Part shown: positions 42,289 to 50,894 of the stretch, piece after piece
Position numbering within the stretch: position 1 is the stretch's first letter
How the letters are laid out: each line of letters opens with the position of its first letter
Source: Candidatus Fervidifonticultor sextus
GTDB lineage: Bacteria > Sysuimicrobiota > Sysuimicrobiia > Sysuimicrobiales > Humicultoraceae
Assembly (NCBI GenBank): GCA_031459875.1
Contig: JAVKHQ010000007.1
Location: 1 to 64,000, forward strand
Length of the DNA: 64,000 nucleotides
Direction: 5' to 3'
Notes under the pieces: model-generated
Seen by the model: the letters and a program-made list of their open reading frames with translations, nothing else
What the model was told of the DNA's origin: nothing
Database searches by the model: none
Made by a program: the position numbers and the translations under genes

Positions 42289-42983
42289 GCCCTCCCCTGC
42301 TCTCGGTCGTGATCCCGGTGTACAACGAACGGGGCACGATCGAGGAGGTGCTGCGCCGCGTCCGGGCCGTGGGGATCGCAAGCGAGATCATCGTCGTGGA
42401 CGACGGCTCCACCGACGGCACGCAGGAGGCCCTCCGGCGCCTCTGCGAGCATGCCAGCCGCGATCACACCCGGATCCTCTTTCAGGCGACCAACCGGGGG
42501 AAGGGTGCCTCGGTGCGATGGGCCTTCCAGGAGGCGCGCGGCCGCATCGTCCTGATCCAGGACGCGGATCTGGAGTACGACCCCGCCGACTACCCGCGGC
42601 TGCTCCAGCCCATCCTGAACGGAGACGCCGATGTCGTCTTTGGCTCCCGGCTCCGCCAGCCGGGCTACAGCGGGAGCATCGGCCAGGTGCTGGGCAACCG
42701 CGTCCTGACCAGCCTCTCCAACCTGCTGACCGGACTGCGGCTCACCGATGTCTACGTCGGCTACAAGGTCTTCCGGCGGGAGGTGCTGGCGCAGATCCGG
42801 CTCAGGGAGGACCGGTTCGGATTCGAGGCCGAAGTCACGGCCAAGGTGGCCCGCGGCGGCTGGCGGGTGCGCGAGGTGCCCGTCTCCTACCGTCCGCGCA
42901 CCTGTGCCGAGGGGAAGAAGATCAGGCTGCGGGATGCCCTCTGGGGCCTCTGGTGCATCGTCAGGTACCGGCTGGCGGACTGA
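42285..42983 (+). CDS. GT2 polyprenol-phosphate glycosyltransferase (DPM1-like)
   Basis: SVVIPVYNE, VDDGSTDGT, GKGA, QDADLEYDP, FGFEAEVT. Confidence 0.92.
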   Translation: MSPPLLSVVIPVYNERGTIEEVLRRVRAVGIASEIIVVDDGSTDGTQEALRRLCEHASRDHTRILFQATNRGKGASVRWAFQEARGRIVLIQDADLEYDPADYPRLLQPILNGDADVVFGSRLRQPGYSGSIGQVLGNRVLTSLSNLLTGLRLTDVYVGYKVFRREVLAQIRLREDRFGFEAEVTAKVARGGWRVREVPVSYRPRTCAEGKKIRLRDALWGLWCIVRYRLAD

Positions 42984-43008
42984 CCGTGGTTCCCGGGCGG
43001 CCAGGCAG

Positions 43009-43488
43009 TCACGCGCCCCGGCCCTCTGATGCGGTCAGCGGCGCTACCCGTGCGCCCGTGGCCCGGATCAGGTCTTGGGGATCGATCCAGATCTGCAGCC
43101 CGCGCACCCCGGCGCTGACACTGATGTGCGCATGGTCCAGCGCCGAGGCGTCAATGAAGACCGGATACCGGCGCCGGGTGCCCAGGGGGGAGACCGCGCC
43201 CTTGATGTATCCGACGAGCCGCACCAGCGCCGAGGCGTCTGCCATCTCCATGCGTTTCACCCCGGCACTCCTGGCCAGCGCGCGCAGATCCAGCTCCCGG
43301 CTCCCCGGGACGCAGGCCAGGAAGACCTCACCGCGATCCGACCGCACGACGAGCGTCTTGAAGACCTGCTCCGGCGGCAGGCCCAGCCGCGCTGCGGCCT
43401 CGGCGGCCGTGTGGGCTTCGGCCTCGAACTCCAGCAGGCGGTAGGCCAGGCCCAGGGCGTCCAGGGCGCGGGTGGCTCGGGTCCGCAT
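43009..43488 (-). CDS. ybaK: Cys-tRNA(Pro) deacylase
   Basis: QVFKTLV, GYIKGAVSPLG, VSAGVRG. Confidence 0.9.
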   Translation of the reverse strand: MRTRATRALDALGLAYRLLEFEAEAHTAAEAAARLGLPPEQVFKTLVVRSDRGEVFLACVPGSRELDLRALARSAGVKRMEMADASALVRLVGYIKGAVSPLGTRRRYPVFIDASALDHAHISVSAGVRGLQIWIDPQDLIRATGARVAPLTASEGRGA

Positions 43489-43825
43489 CCTGGACTACCG
43501 TTCGCCGCCTGCTTCCGGGCAGCCCTCTGGGCCAGGCAGAACGGCGCAAAAGACGGCGGCCCCGGGTAGGCTCGGTGCGGCTCGCGACACTCCGCGCGGG
43601 TGACTGGGCGGTCCGCCTGGTGTCTTGCTGAGGAGGCTGTGGCCCGCTTCTTGGTCGCGGCCGGCTCCTGTCCTCGCCAGGGGGTGCCGCAGTCTCTCCC
43701 TGCCGCGAGCGCCCGCTGTACCCGGGGCCCTTCGGTCACTTCCACCATAAATGAAGGGGCTTCGGGCTGGCTATCCGGTGGCCACCTGATTGCGGAGCGT
43801 GCCCCCATCCGGCCGCCTCCGCGCG

Positions 43826-43863
43826 TTGACGGACGGCATGAGCCATGACTAGAATTATAGTCA
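43826..43863 (+). promoter_or_regulatory. TA operon promoter with palindromic operator
   Basis: TTGACG-N18-TAGAAT; the inverted repeat TGACTA-N6-TAGTCA (43846-43863) straddles the -10. Confidence 0.65.
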
Positions 43864-43865
43864 AA

Positions 43866-44189
43866 ATGGCGCGACGGCCGACGTTCGAGTTGACCTATGC
43901 TCCGGTCACGAGGCGACACCTGCGGGCGATCGAGCCGGGATGCTATCGACTCATACGCCGCGAGATTGAAACCCAATTGCCGGTCGGGCCTGACACTGAG
44001 ACGCGCAGTCGAAAACCTTTGAAGCGGCCAGGGATCTTTGGGGCGGTGTGGGAGATGCGGTTCGGTCCCGGATGCCGGTTTCGCGTCTTCTACAGGGTCA
44101 ACCGGGACGAGCGGCACGTCGAGATCCTGGCGATTGGCGAGAAGGAAGGAAGCAGTCTGTTCGTGGGCGGAGAGGCAATTGAAACATGA
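43866..44189 (+). CDS. RelE/ParE-family toxin
   Basis: WEMRFG..RFRVFYRV...VEILAIGEK; ATGA-coupled to the antitoxin. Confidence 0.8.
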   Translation: MARRPTFELTYAPVTRRHLRAIEPGCYRLIRREIETQLPVGPDTETRSRKPLKRPGIFGAVWEMRFGPGCRFRVFYRVNRDERHVEILAIGEKEGSSLFVGGEAIET

Positions 44190-44449
44190 GGATTGCTTCC
44201 GTCGCCGAGGTCAAGGCCAAGTTGAGCGGCTACATCGAGGCGAGCAAGACGGGGCCCATCATCGTCACCAAGAACGGGAAACCCGTGGCCGTCCTGCTGT
44301 CGGTGCAAGACGAGGACGAGATAGAGCGATTGCTATTGGCCTACTCCCCCAGGTTGCAGCGCGTCCTGGCGATGGCGGAACAACAGATTCGAGCCGGGAA
44401 GGGGATCAAGCACGACGCGTTCTGGCATGAGTTTCCCGCAGAGGCATGA
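44186..44449 (+). CDS. Phd/YefM-family antitoxin
   Basis: SVAEVKAKLSGYI...GPIIVTKNGKPVAVL. Confidence 0.9.
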   Translation: MRIASVAEVKAKLSGYIEASKTGPIIVTKNGKPVAVLLSVQDEDEIERLLLAYSPRLQRVLAMAEQQIRAGKGIKHDAFWHEFPAEA

Positions 44450-44477
44450 GGACCTGCACGCACGCTATACTGACCGC

Positions 44478-46508
44478 ATGACCGATGCCACCGCGGCGCG
44501 TCCGGGTCGACCCTCCGCGGTCTCCCTCCACCCCGGCCTCGCTCCGGTGCTGGCCGAGATCGGCGAGGTGCCGCCCGGTCCGTTCGTCCCGGCCTCGTTC
44601 CAGCGGGACGCGCTGGCGGCCCTCGTCACCCACGACGTGCTGGTCATGGCGCCGACCGGCAGCGGGAAGACGTGGATCGCGCAGGAGGCGATCCGCGCCC
44701 GGGCCGCCGGGGCCGGCCAGACCTGGTACACGACACCGCTGAAGGCGCTGTCCAACCAGAAGTTCCGGCAGTTCCAGGGCCTGTTCGGCGAAGAGGCCGT
44801 CGGGCTGCTGACCGGCGAGCGCCGGATCAACCCCCGTGCGCCGATCATCGTCGGCACGACCGAGATCCTGCGCAACGTCCTCTATGGCGGCGCTGACGGG
44901 ATCGGGTTCATCGTGCTCGACGAGGCGCACTACCTGGGGGATGTGGAGCGCGGCACCGCGTGGGAAGAAGTCCTGCTGCTGGCCTCACCCAGCACGCGGC
45001 TGCTGCTGCTCTCGGCCTCGCTGCCCAACGCCGACGAACTGGCCGGCTGGCTGGAAGAGGTGCGCGGCCGGCGTCCCGTGGTCGTGCGCGAGGACCGGCG
45101 TCCCGTGCCGCTGCGCATCCTGCTGGCGGACGCGGCGGGCCGCCTCCTGCCGCCGGCCATGGCCGGAAGGCTGCGGCGCGAAGAGCGGCGCCGGACCTGG
45201 CTCCCTGAACTGCTCCGCCAGCTCGAGGCGGGCCATCTGCTGCCGGCGATCCTTTTCTTCCCCTCCCGGCGCGAGTGCGACGTTGCCGTGCGCGAACTCG
45301 CGCCGCTGCGCCAGGGCGGCGCGGAGGAGCGCGCGCGGGCCCTGGGCCGGTGGGAAGCCGAGTACCCGACGCTATTGGGCCATCCCTTCCGGCACACGTT
45401 GATCCAGGCGGGGATCGCGCCGCACCACGCCGGCCACCTGATGGCGTGGCGCCTGGCGGTGGAGGATCTGCTGGCCCGCGGCCTGATCCGTGCCGTCGCG
45501 GCGACGACGACGCTGGCCAGCGGCCTGGATGTGCCGGCGCGCACCGTGGTCCTGAGCACGCTGGTCAGGAACAGCCCCGAAGGGCCCGTGGCGCTGTCGG
45601 CCACTGAGTTCCAGCAGATGTCCGGCCGGGCCGGCCGCCGGGGACGCGACCGGGTCGGCGTGGTCGTCGTCCCCGCCTCCGAGCGCAGCGAGGCGCACCT
45701 GGGGTTGGGCCTGGCCGAGGCCGACCCCGAGCCGGTGACCTCGGCGTTTGCGCCGTCCTACACGCAGGTGCTCAACATGCTGGCGCGCCGCCGTCTCGAG
45801 GAGGCGGTCGCCGAACTCCATCGGTCCTTCGCCGCCTACCAGGGCCTGCTGGGCCGCCGGATGCGCCTGCCGCGCCACCTGCCCGAGGGCGCCGTCGCCG
45901 AGGCCGCCCACCGGGCCCGGGACGGCCTGACGGCGGCGTTCCTGATGCGCGCCGCGGTCCTCCAGGTCCTCGGGTATCTGGACGCCAGCGCCCGCCCGAC
46001 CGACGACGGCCGCTGGGCGATGCGCCTCCGCCATCCCCGGCTGCTGGTCCTGGCCGAACTGGTGCGCCGGCGGCAGGTGCCCGCGACCGTCCCCCGCCTG
46101 GCCGCAACGGCCGCGGCGCTCGGCACCGAGCGACCGCCCCGCGGAGGCGGGACGAAGGCGCGCCTGGCCGCGCTCTCGCACGTCGTAGAGGAGGTCGTGC
46201 GCCTGGAGCGGATGTTCGGGTTGGAACCCGACCCCGTCGCCGGGGAGTTCAAGGTCGAGTGGAACCGGCACCGCCACCGCGTGATGCCTTCTCCGGCCGA
46301 GCGCCGGGCCGAGGCGGTGGAGGCCTGGGCTCGGGGGGCGGAGTGGCTCCGCCTCGTCACCGCGGTCGAGTCGGAGGAAGGCGACCTGCAGCGGACGGTG
46401 CTTCAGGCGGCGGAGGTCCTCATGCAACTGGAGGGGTTGCCCTTCCCGTCGCTGCGGGCGCTGGCGCACGAGGCGCGGGAGGCGCTGCTGCGACCGCCGG
46501 TGGTGTAG
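44478..46508 (+). CDS. Ski2/HelY-like SF2 (DEAH) helicase
   Basis: APTGSGKT, TPLKALSNQK, DEAH, SAS, HHAG, QMSGRAGRRG, DSHCT-like tail (EEGDLQR); TATACT 6 nt before ATG. Confidence 0.9.
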   Translation: MTDATAARPGRPSAVSLHPGLAPVLAEIGEVPPGPFVPASFQRDALAALVTHDVLVMAPTGSGKTWIAQEAIRARAAGAGQTWYTTPLKALSNQKFRQFQGLFGEEAVGLLTGERRINPRAPIIVGTTEILRNVLYGGADGIGFIVLDEAHYLGDVERGTAWEEVLLLASPSTRLLLLSASLPNADELAGWLEEVRGRRPVVVREDRRPVPLRILLADAAGRLLPPAMAGRLRREERRRTWLPELLRQLEAGHLLPAILFFPSRRECDVAVRELAPLRQGGAEERARALGRWEAEYPTLLGHPFRHTLIQAGIAPHHAGHLMAWRLAVEDLLARGLIRAVAATTTLASGLDVPARTVVLSTLVRNSPEGPVALSATEFQQMSGRAGRRGRDRVGVVVVPASERSEAHLGLGLAEADPEPVTSAFAPSYTQVLNMLARRRLEEAVAELHRSFAAYQGLLGRRMRLPRHLPEGAVAEAAHRARDGLTAAFLMRAAVLQVLGYLDASARPTDDGRWAMRLRHPRLLVLAELVRRRQVPATVPRLAATAAALGTERPPRGGGTKARLAALSHVVEEVVRLERMFGLEPDPVAGEFKVEWNRHRHRVMPSPAERRAEAVEAWARGAEWLRLVTAVESEEGDLQRTVLQAAEVLMQLEGLPFPSLRALAHEAREALLRPPVV

Positions 46509-46522
46509 GCGGGCCTCTGGAC

Positions 46523-46735
46523 CTACGGTCTTCGGATGGATTCGAGGCCGACCCGGCGCGCTACGGACTCAAGCCGTGAGTCCCAACAAGCGAACAGCAC
46601 CGGGGCGGACAGGCGTTCCCTGTGAGAGTGAGCGCCGAGGCCAGATGGAGGGCATCGTATGCCCGGAGATGGTACTTCTCCGCAGCGTCCCCCGCAGTCA
46701 TGATCAGCGAGTCTGTCACGCGAACGTGAACGAGC
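46523..46735 (-). pseudogene. VapC/PIN toxin C-terminal remnant, frameshifted
   Basis: VTDSLIMTAGDAAEKYHLRAYDALHLASALTL, then a shifted frame VLFACWDSRLESVARRVGL; N-terminal half absent. Confidence 0.75.
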
Positions 46736-46967
46736 GCCCTCTGATCTTGACCGGTCTTCGCGCTCCCCTGGGTTTCCCGCCATTCCAGTGCGCGGTTCCA
46801 TCCTGCAGCATCGCCTCGAACCGCTCGTCGATCTCGCCTTCCGGAGCCGGCACCATGACCGCGATGGGCTCCCCGTGGGTGGTGACCACGATGCGCTCGC
46901 CCTCTTTGATGCGCCGCAGATAGTGGCTCAGACGTGCCTTGAGCTCCCTCACGCCGACAGTCGCCAT
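46716..46967 (-). CDS. Phd/YefM-family antitoxin
   Basis: MATVGVRELKARLSHYLRRIKEGERIVVTTHGEPIAVM; RBS GAGGAG. Confidence 0.88.
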   Translation of the reverse strand: MATVGVRELKARLSHYLRRIKEGERIVVTTHGEPIAVMVPAPEGEIDERFEAMLQDGTAHWNGGKPRGARRPVKIRGRSFTFA

Positions 46968-47037
46968 GAAACGGCTCCTCATCCTTTGTGACTAGATTTT
47001 ATTGAATTATGGACACATCCACATCAGCCGACCCCCA

Positions 47038-47961
47038 TCATCTCTGTTGCCGCACACCATCGGCCAACACCGCGTCCAGTCCGCGCCGCAGATCGCCCAG
47101 TTCACTCTCTGCCACCGGCCGCAGCGGCGCCCGCACGTGGGGCCCGATCACCCCGCGCAGCGCCAGCGCCGCCTTGATGTGGGGGACCGAGGCGCCGTTG
47201 TGCAGCATGCGGCACACCGCCGCGACCTGCCGGTACGCTTCCTTCACGTCAGGCCAGGCCCCGCGCGCCGCCGCCCGCCACAGCGCCACATACGGCTCCG
47301 GCACCGCGGCCGCCGGCCCGGAGACCGTGCCCGCCCACCCCATGGCGACCATGGCAGGGATGAGCAGGTCGGCGCCGACCAGGATGCGGAAGCCCGGACC
47401 TGCCGCCTCCGAGATCAGCACCACACCGTAGGGGTCCCCGGTGCTGTCCTTCATGCCGACCAAGTTCGGCCGCCCGAGCAGCGCGCGGACCACCGACGGG
47501 GTCAGGGGATTGCCCGTGGTCTGCGGGATGTTGTAGAGCAGCACCGGGTGATCGGGGACTGCGTCGGCCACCGCCTCGAAGTGGGCGATGAGCGCCTCCT
47601 CGGCGTGCCGGAAGTAGAACGGCGCCATGACCGCCAGCGCATCCACGCCCGCTCCGACGGCGGTTCGAGCCGCCGCGATCGTCCCCGCCGTCGTCATCCC
47701 GCCCACCTGCGCGATGACCGGGACCCGGCCGGCTGAGGCGGTCACCGCCGCGCGCAGCACGGTGACCCGCTCCTCCAGGTCCAGCAGTGGCCCCTCCCCT
47801 GTTGTCCCGCACGCGAAGATCCCGTCCACGCCCCGGTCCACCAGCCACCCGACCAGATCGCCCACGCCGCGCGCATCCACCTGGCCGTCTGCGTGCATCG
47901 GGGTCGGGAGGGCGATGATCACCCCCCGCAGACGCTCGACAACCTCACGCCGGATGCCCAT
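47038..47961 (-). CDS. DHDPS/NanA-family class I aldolase
   Basis: GTTGE, catalytic Tyr in LLYNIP, Schiff-base Lys in GMKDS. Confidence 0.9.
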   Translation of the reverse strand: MGIRREVVERLRGVIIALPTPMHADGQVDARGVGDLVGWLVDRGVDGIFACGTTGEGPLLDLEERVTVLRAAVTASAGRVPVIAQVGGMTTAGTIAAARTAVGAGVDALAVMAPFYFRHAEEALIAHFEAVADAVPDHPVLLYNIPQTTGNPLTPSVVRALLGRPNLVGMKDSTGDPYGVVLISEAAGPGFRILVGADLLIPAMVAMGWAGTVSGPAAAVPEPYVALWRAAARGAWPDVKEAYRQVAAVCRMLHNGASVPHIKAALALRGVIGPHVRAPLRPVAESELGDLRRGLDAVLADGVRQQR

Positions 47962-48144
47962 GGAGATTCAGCACCCTCCCGGCCGCCTGCGCGGCCCCGC
48001 TCACGCTCTCGCCGTACCCGCGGGTCCCGTGCCCTGGACGCTTCGACGCCTGCACCGCCTCCTCTTGCTCTGCGGGGTGGAGCCGGTCCTGCCCGGTATC
48101 CATCGCCGCCCTCCTGACGCTACAGTAGTTGTGGAGGCGCCTCC

Positions 48145-49119
48145 GTGAGCCTGCACGAACACCCGGACGCGCACCGCTCATGCGACGTGACCGCCGGCAC
48201 CCTGCCCAAAGGAATCGTCCCCGTCCTGCAGACGCCCTTCGCGCAGGACGGGAGCATCGACCTCGAGGGCCTGGAGCGGCTCACTGAGGACGCCGTCCGC
48301 GCCGGGGCGCGCGGCGTCCTGGCCCCGGCCGTGGCCAGCGAGGTGGACTACCTCGCGCGCGCGGAGCGGCGCAGGCTCGTCTCCATCATCGCCCGATCGC
48401 TGGCGGGGCGCCTGCCGTTCATCGTCGGCGCGTCGTCGAACCACGTCGAGGAGTGCGTGGAGGTCGCGCGGCTCGCCGAGCAGGTCGGCGCCGCAGCGTA
48501 CCTGGTTGCCGTGCCGGACGCGCTCTACCGCAGCCCTGAGGACATCCCGGGCTTCTTCCAGGCCATCGCATCGAAGGCCGGGCTCCCGCTGATCATCCAG
48601 GACCTGGAGTGGAGCGGCCCCGGCCTGCCCCTCGAGGTACTCCGCACCCTCAAGGCGGCGATTCCCACCCTGGCGGGGATCAAGATCGAGACGGTCCCGG
48701 CCGGGCCGAAGTACACCGCCGTGCGGGAGGCCTTTGGGGAGGCCTTCTACATTTGCGGCGGCTGGGCGGTCCCCCAGATGATCGAGGCGCTGGACCGCGG
48801 CGTGGACGCCATGATCCCCGAGGCGTCCATGGTGAGGGTCTATGCGGCGATCTACCGCCTCTACCATGCCGGAAATCGCGGGAAGGCGCAGGAGGTCTTC
48901 CGGGAACTGCTGCCGGTCCTGGCATTTGCCAACCAGGAGATCCGCCTCTCCATCGCCTTCTTCAAGGCGCTGCTCGTCCGGAAAGGGATCTTCCGGTACG
49001 AGACGATGCGCTGGCCGGGCTTCCGCTGGGATGCCTACCACCGTCGAATCGCCGACGAATTGATCGAGCACTACCTGGCGCTGGAGGAGCGCGTAGGCCG
49101 GCTCTCCCTACCGACCTAG
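48145..49119 (+). CDS. DHDPS-family protein, 2-keto-3-deoxy-pentonate dehydratase-like subgroup
   Basis: AVASE in place of GxxGE, IIQD in place of the Tyr, IKIET: the pattern of L-KDA-dehydratase-like enzymes. Confidence 0.8.
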   Translation: MSLHEHPDAHRSCDVTAGTLPKGIVPVLQTPFAQDGSIDLEGLERLTEDAVRAGARGVLAPAVASEVDYLARAERRRLVSIIARSLAGRLPFIVGASSNHVEECVEVARLAEQVGAAAYLVAVPDALYRSPEDIPGFFQAIASKAGLPLIIQDLEWSGPGLPLEVLRTLKAAIPTLAGIKIETVPAGPKYTAVREAFGEAFYICGGWAVPQMIEALDRGVDAMIPEASMVRVYAAIYRLYHAGNRGKAQEVFRELLPVLAFANQEIRLSIAFFKALLVRKGIFRYETMRWPGFRWDAYHRRIADELIEHYLALEERVGRLSLPT

Positions 49120-50385
49120 GCCGGGCAGGAACATCACCAGCTGGGGCACCAGCGTAATGAGGAAGAGACACCCGACCAGGACGACGATGTAGGGGACGAG
49201 TTCCTTCAGGATCACTGCCATCGGCAACTTCGTCAGCCCGCTCAGCAGGAACAGCAGCATCCCGAAGGGCGGGGTGAGCAGCCCGATCATCACGTTGAGC
49301 ACAAAGACCACCCCGAAGTGGACCAGGTCGATGCCCAGCGCCTGAACGATGGGGATCACGATGGGCAGGAAGATGAGCATGATGGCCAGCGTCTCCATGA
49401 ACATGCCCAGGATCAGGAAAAGCACGTTCAGGATCAGCAGCATCACCACCGGATTCCGGGTGATCTCCAGGAAGAACGCCGCGATGGCCTGGGGGATCTG
49501 CTCGCGGGCCAAAATCCATCCGAACACCGAGGCCGTGGTCACGATGAACATGATCATGGCCGTGTTCTCGACCACGCGCAGGGCCAGGCGGGGGATCTCG
49601 CGGGGCGGGATCTCGCGGTAGGCGACCGTTCCCAGGGCCAGGGCGTACAGCACCGCGACGGCCGCCGCCTCGGTCGGCGTGAAGAACCCGCTGTAGATGC
49701 CCCCCAGGAGGATGACCGGGGCAAGCAGCGGCGGGACGGCCTTCCAGAACGCTGCCACGAACTCCCGGAACGTGACCCGCGCCTCGCGGGGGAAGCCCCG
49801 CCGGACGGCCTGGACGTAGACCAGGCCCATCATCGCCAGCCCCATGAGGACCCCCGGGATCACGCCGCCCAGGAAGAGAGCCCCCACCGAGACCTGGGCC
49901 ATGGACCCGTAGATGACCATGGGGATGGACGGCGGGATGATCGGCCCGATGGTGGAGGTCGCGGCCGACAGCGCCGCGGCGAACGGGCGGGGGTAGCCGG
50001 CGCCTTCCATCGCCTCGACCTCCATCATGCCCACGCCTGCGGCGTCGGCGATGGCCGAACCCGACATGCCGGCGAAGATCATGCTGTTCACGACGTTCAC
50101 GTGCGCCAGGCCGCCCGGCACGTGGCCGACCACGGCATGGGCGAACTGGAAGATGCGCCGTGTCGTGCCGGTGGTGTTCATCACCTCGGCAGCCAGGATG
50201 AAGAACGGCACCGCCAGCAGCAGGAAGGAGTCGATCCCGAAGATCATCCGCTGGGCAACGATGGTGATGTCGATGGTCCCCACCAGCACCATGTAGATCG
50301 CGCACCCCAGGCCCAACGCGAAGGCCACCGGGAGTCCCGTCGCGAACCCGACCGCGACGACGCCCAGCAGGATCCACTTCTCCAC
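49108..50385 (-). CDS. dctM: TRAP transporter large permease
   Basis: LLAVPFFILA, GMSGSAIADAA, IIPPSIP, FTPTEAA, GLLTPPFG. Confidence 0.95.
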   Translation of the reverse strand: MEKWILLGVVAVGFATGLPVAFALGLGCAIYMVLVGTIDITIVAQRMIFGIDSFLLLAVPFFILAAEVMNTTGTTRRIFQFAHAVVGHVPGGLAHVNVVNSMIFAGMSGSAIADAAGVGMMEVEAMEGAGYPRPFAAALSAATSTIGPIIPPSIPMVIYGSMAQVSVGALFLGGVIPGVLMGLAMMGLVYVQAVRRGFPREARVTFREFVAAFWKAVPPLLAPVILLGGIYSGFFTPTEAAAVAVLYALALGTVAYREIPPREIPRLALRVVENTAMIMFIVTTASVFGWILAREQIPQAIAAFFLEITRNPVVMLLILNVLFLILGMFMETLAIMLIFLPIVIPIVQALGIDLVHFGVVFVLNVMIGLLTPPFGMLLFLLSGLTKLPMAVILKELVPYIVVLVGCLFLITLVPQLVMFLPGLGR

Positions 50386-50888
50386 TAGCGAGCCCTCAGC
50401 GAGCGGATCAGATCTGCGGCCTGCTGGAGGTGGTGGATCAGGAGGAGCACGCAGGCGACCGGGACGGCGACGACCAGGTACCCCGAGGGCACCTCCATGG
50501 CGGGTGAGGGAATCTTCCGATAGAACGCGAAGAACGCCAGGCCGCTTTGGAGCCCGTACAGCAGGAAGAAGAGGATGGCCACCTCGTGGACCAGCAGCAG
50601 GACCGTCCTGGCCCGCCCGGGCAGCCTGTTGGGGACGAAATCCATGCGGATCTGCGCGCGCCGCCGGCTCACCAGCGCCGCCCCCAGGAAGACCATCCAG
50701 ATGTACAGGTACCGGGCCAGTTCATCCGCCCAGGTGGGCGGCCGCGTCAGGACGTCGCGCATGAAGATCTGGTAGATGACGACGACGAACATGAGCAGGA
50801 GGAGCAGGGAGGGCACCGTCTCCTCCACGAGGTGGACGATGCCCTCCCACAGCCGGACCCGGGTGGACCGTGCGGCCTGCGGCGTCAC
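50385..50888 (-). CDS. dctQ: TRAP transporter small permease
   Basis: WADELARYLYIWMVFLGA...QIRMD. Confidence 0.92.
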   Translation of the reverse strand: MTPQAARSTRVRLWEGIVHLVEETVPSLLLLLMFVVVIYQIFMRDVLTRPPTWADELARYLYIWMVFLGAALVSRRRAQIRMDFVPNRLPGRARTVLLLVHEVAILFFLLYGLQSGLAFFAFYRKIPSPAMEVPSGYLVVAVPVACVLLLIHHLQQAADLIRSLRAR

Positions 50889-50894
50889 CGACGT

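Noticed and set aside
43489..43825. 340-bp gap between ybaK and the TA promoter as a gene or ncRNA
   Set aside because: Only weak ORFs without a clear RBS or motifs; possibly a degraded gene, but I cannot support a call.
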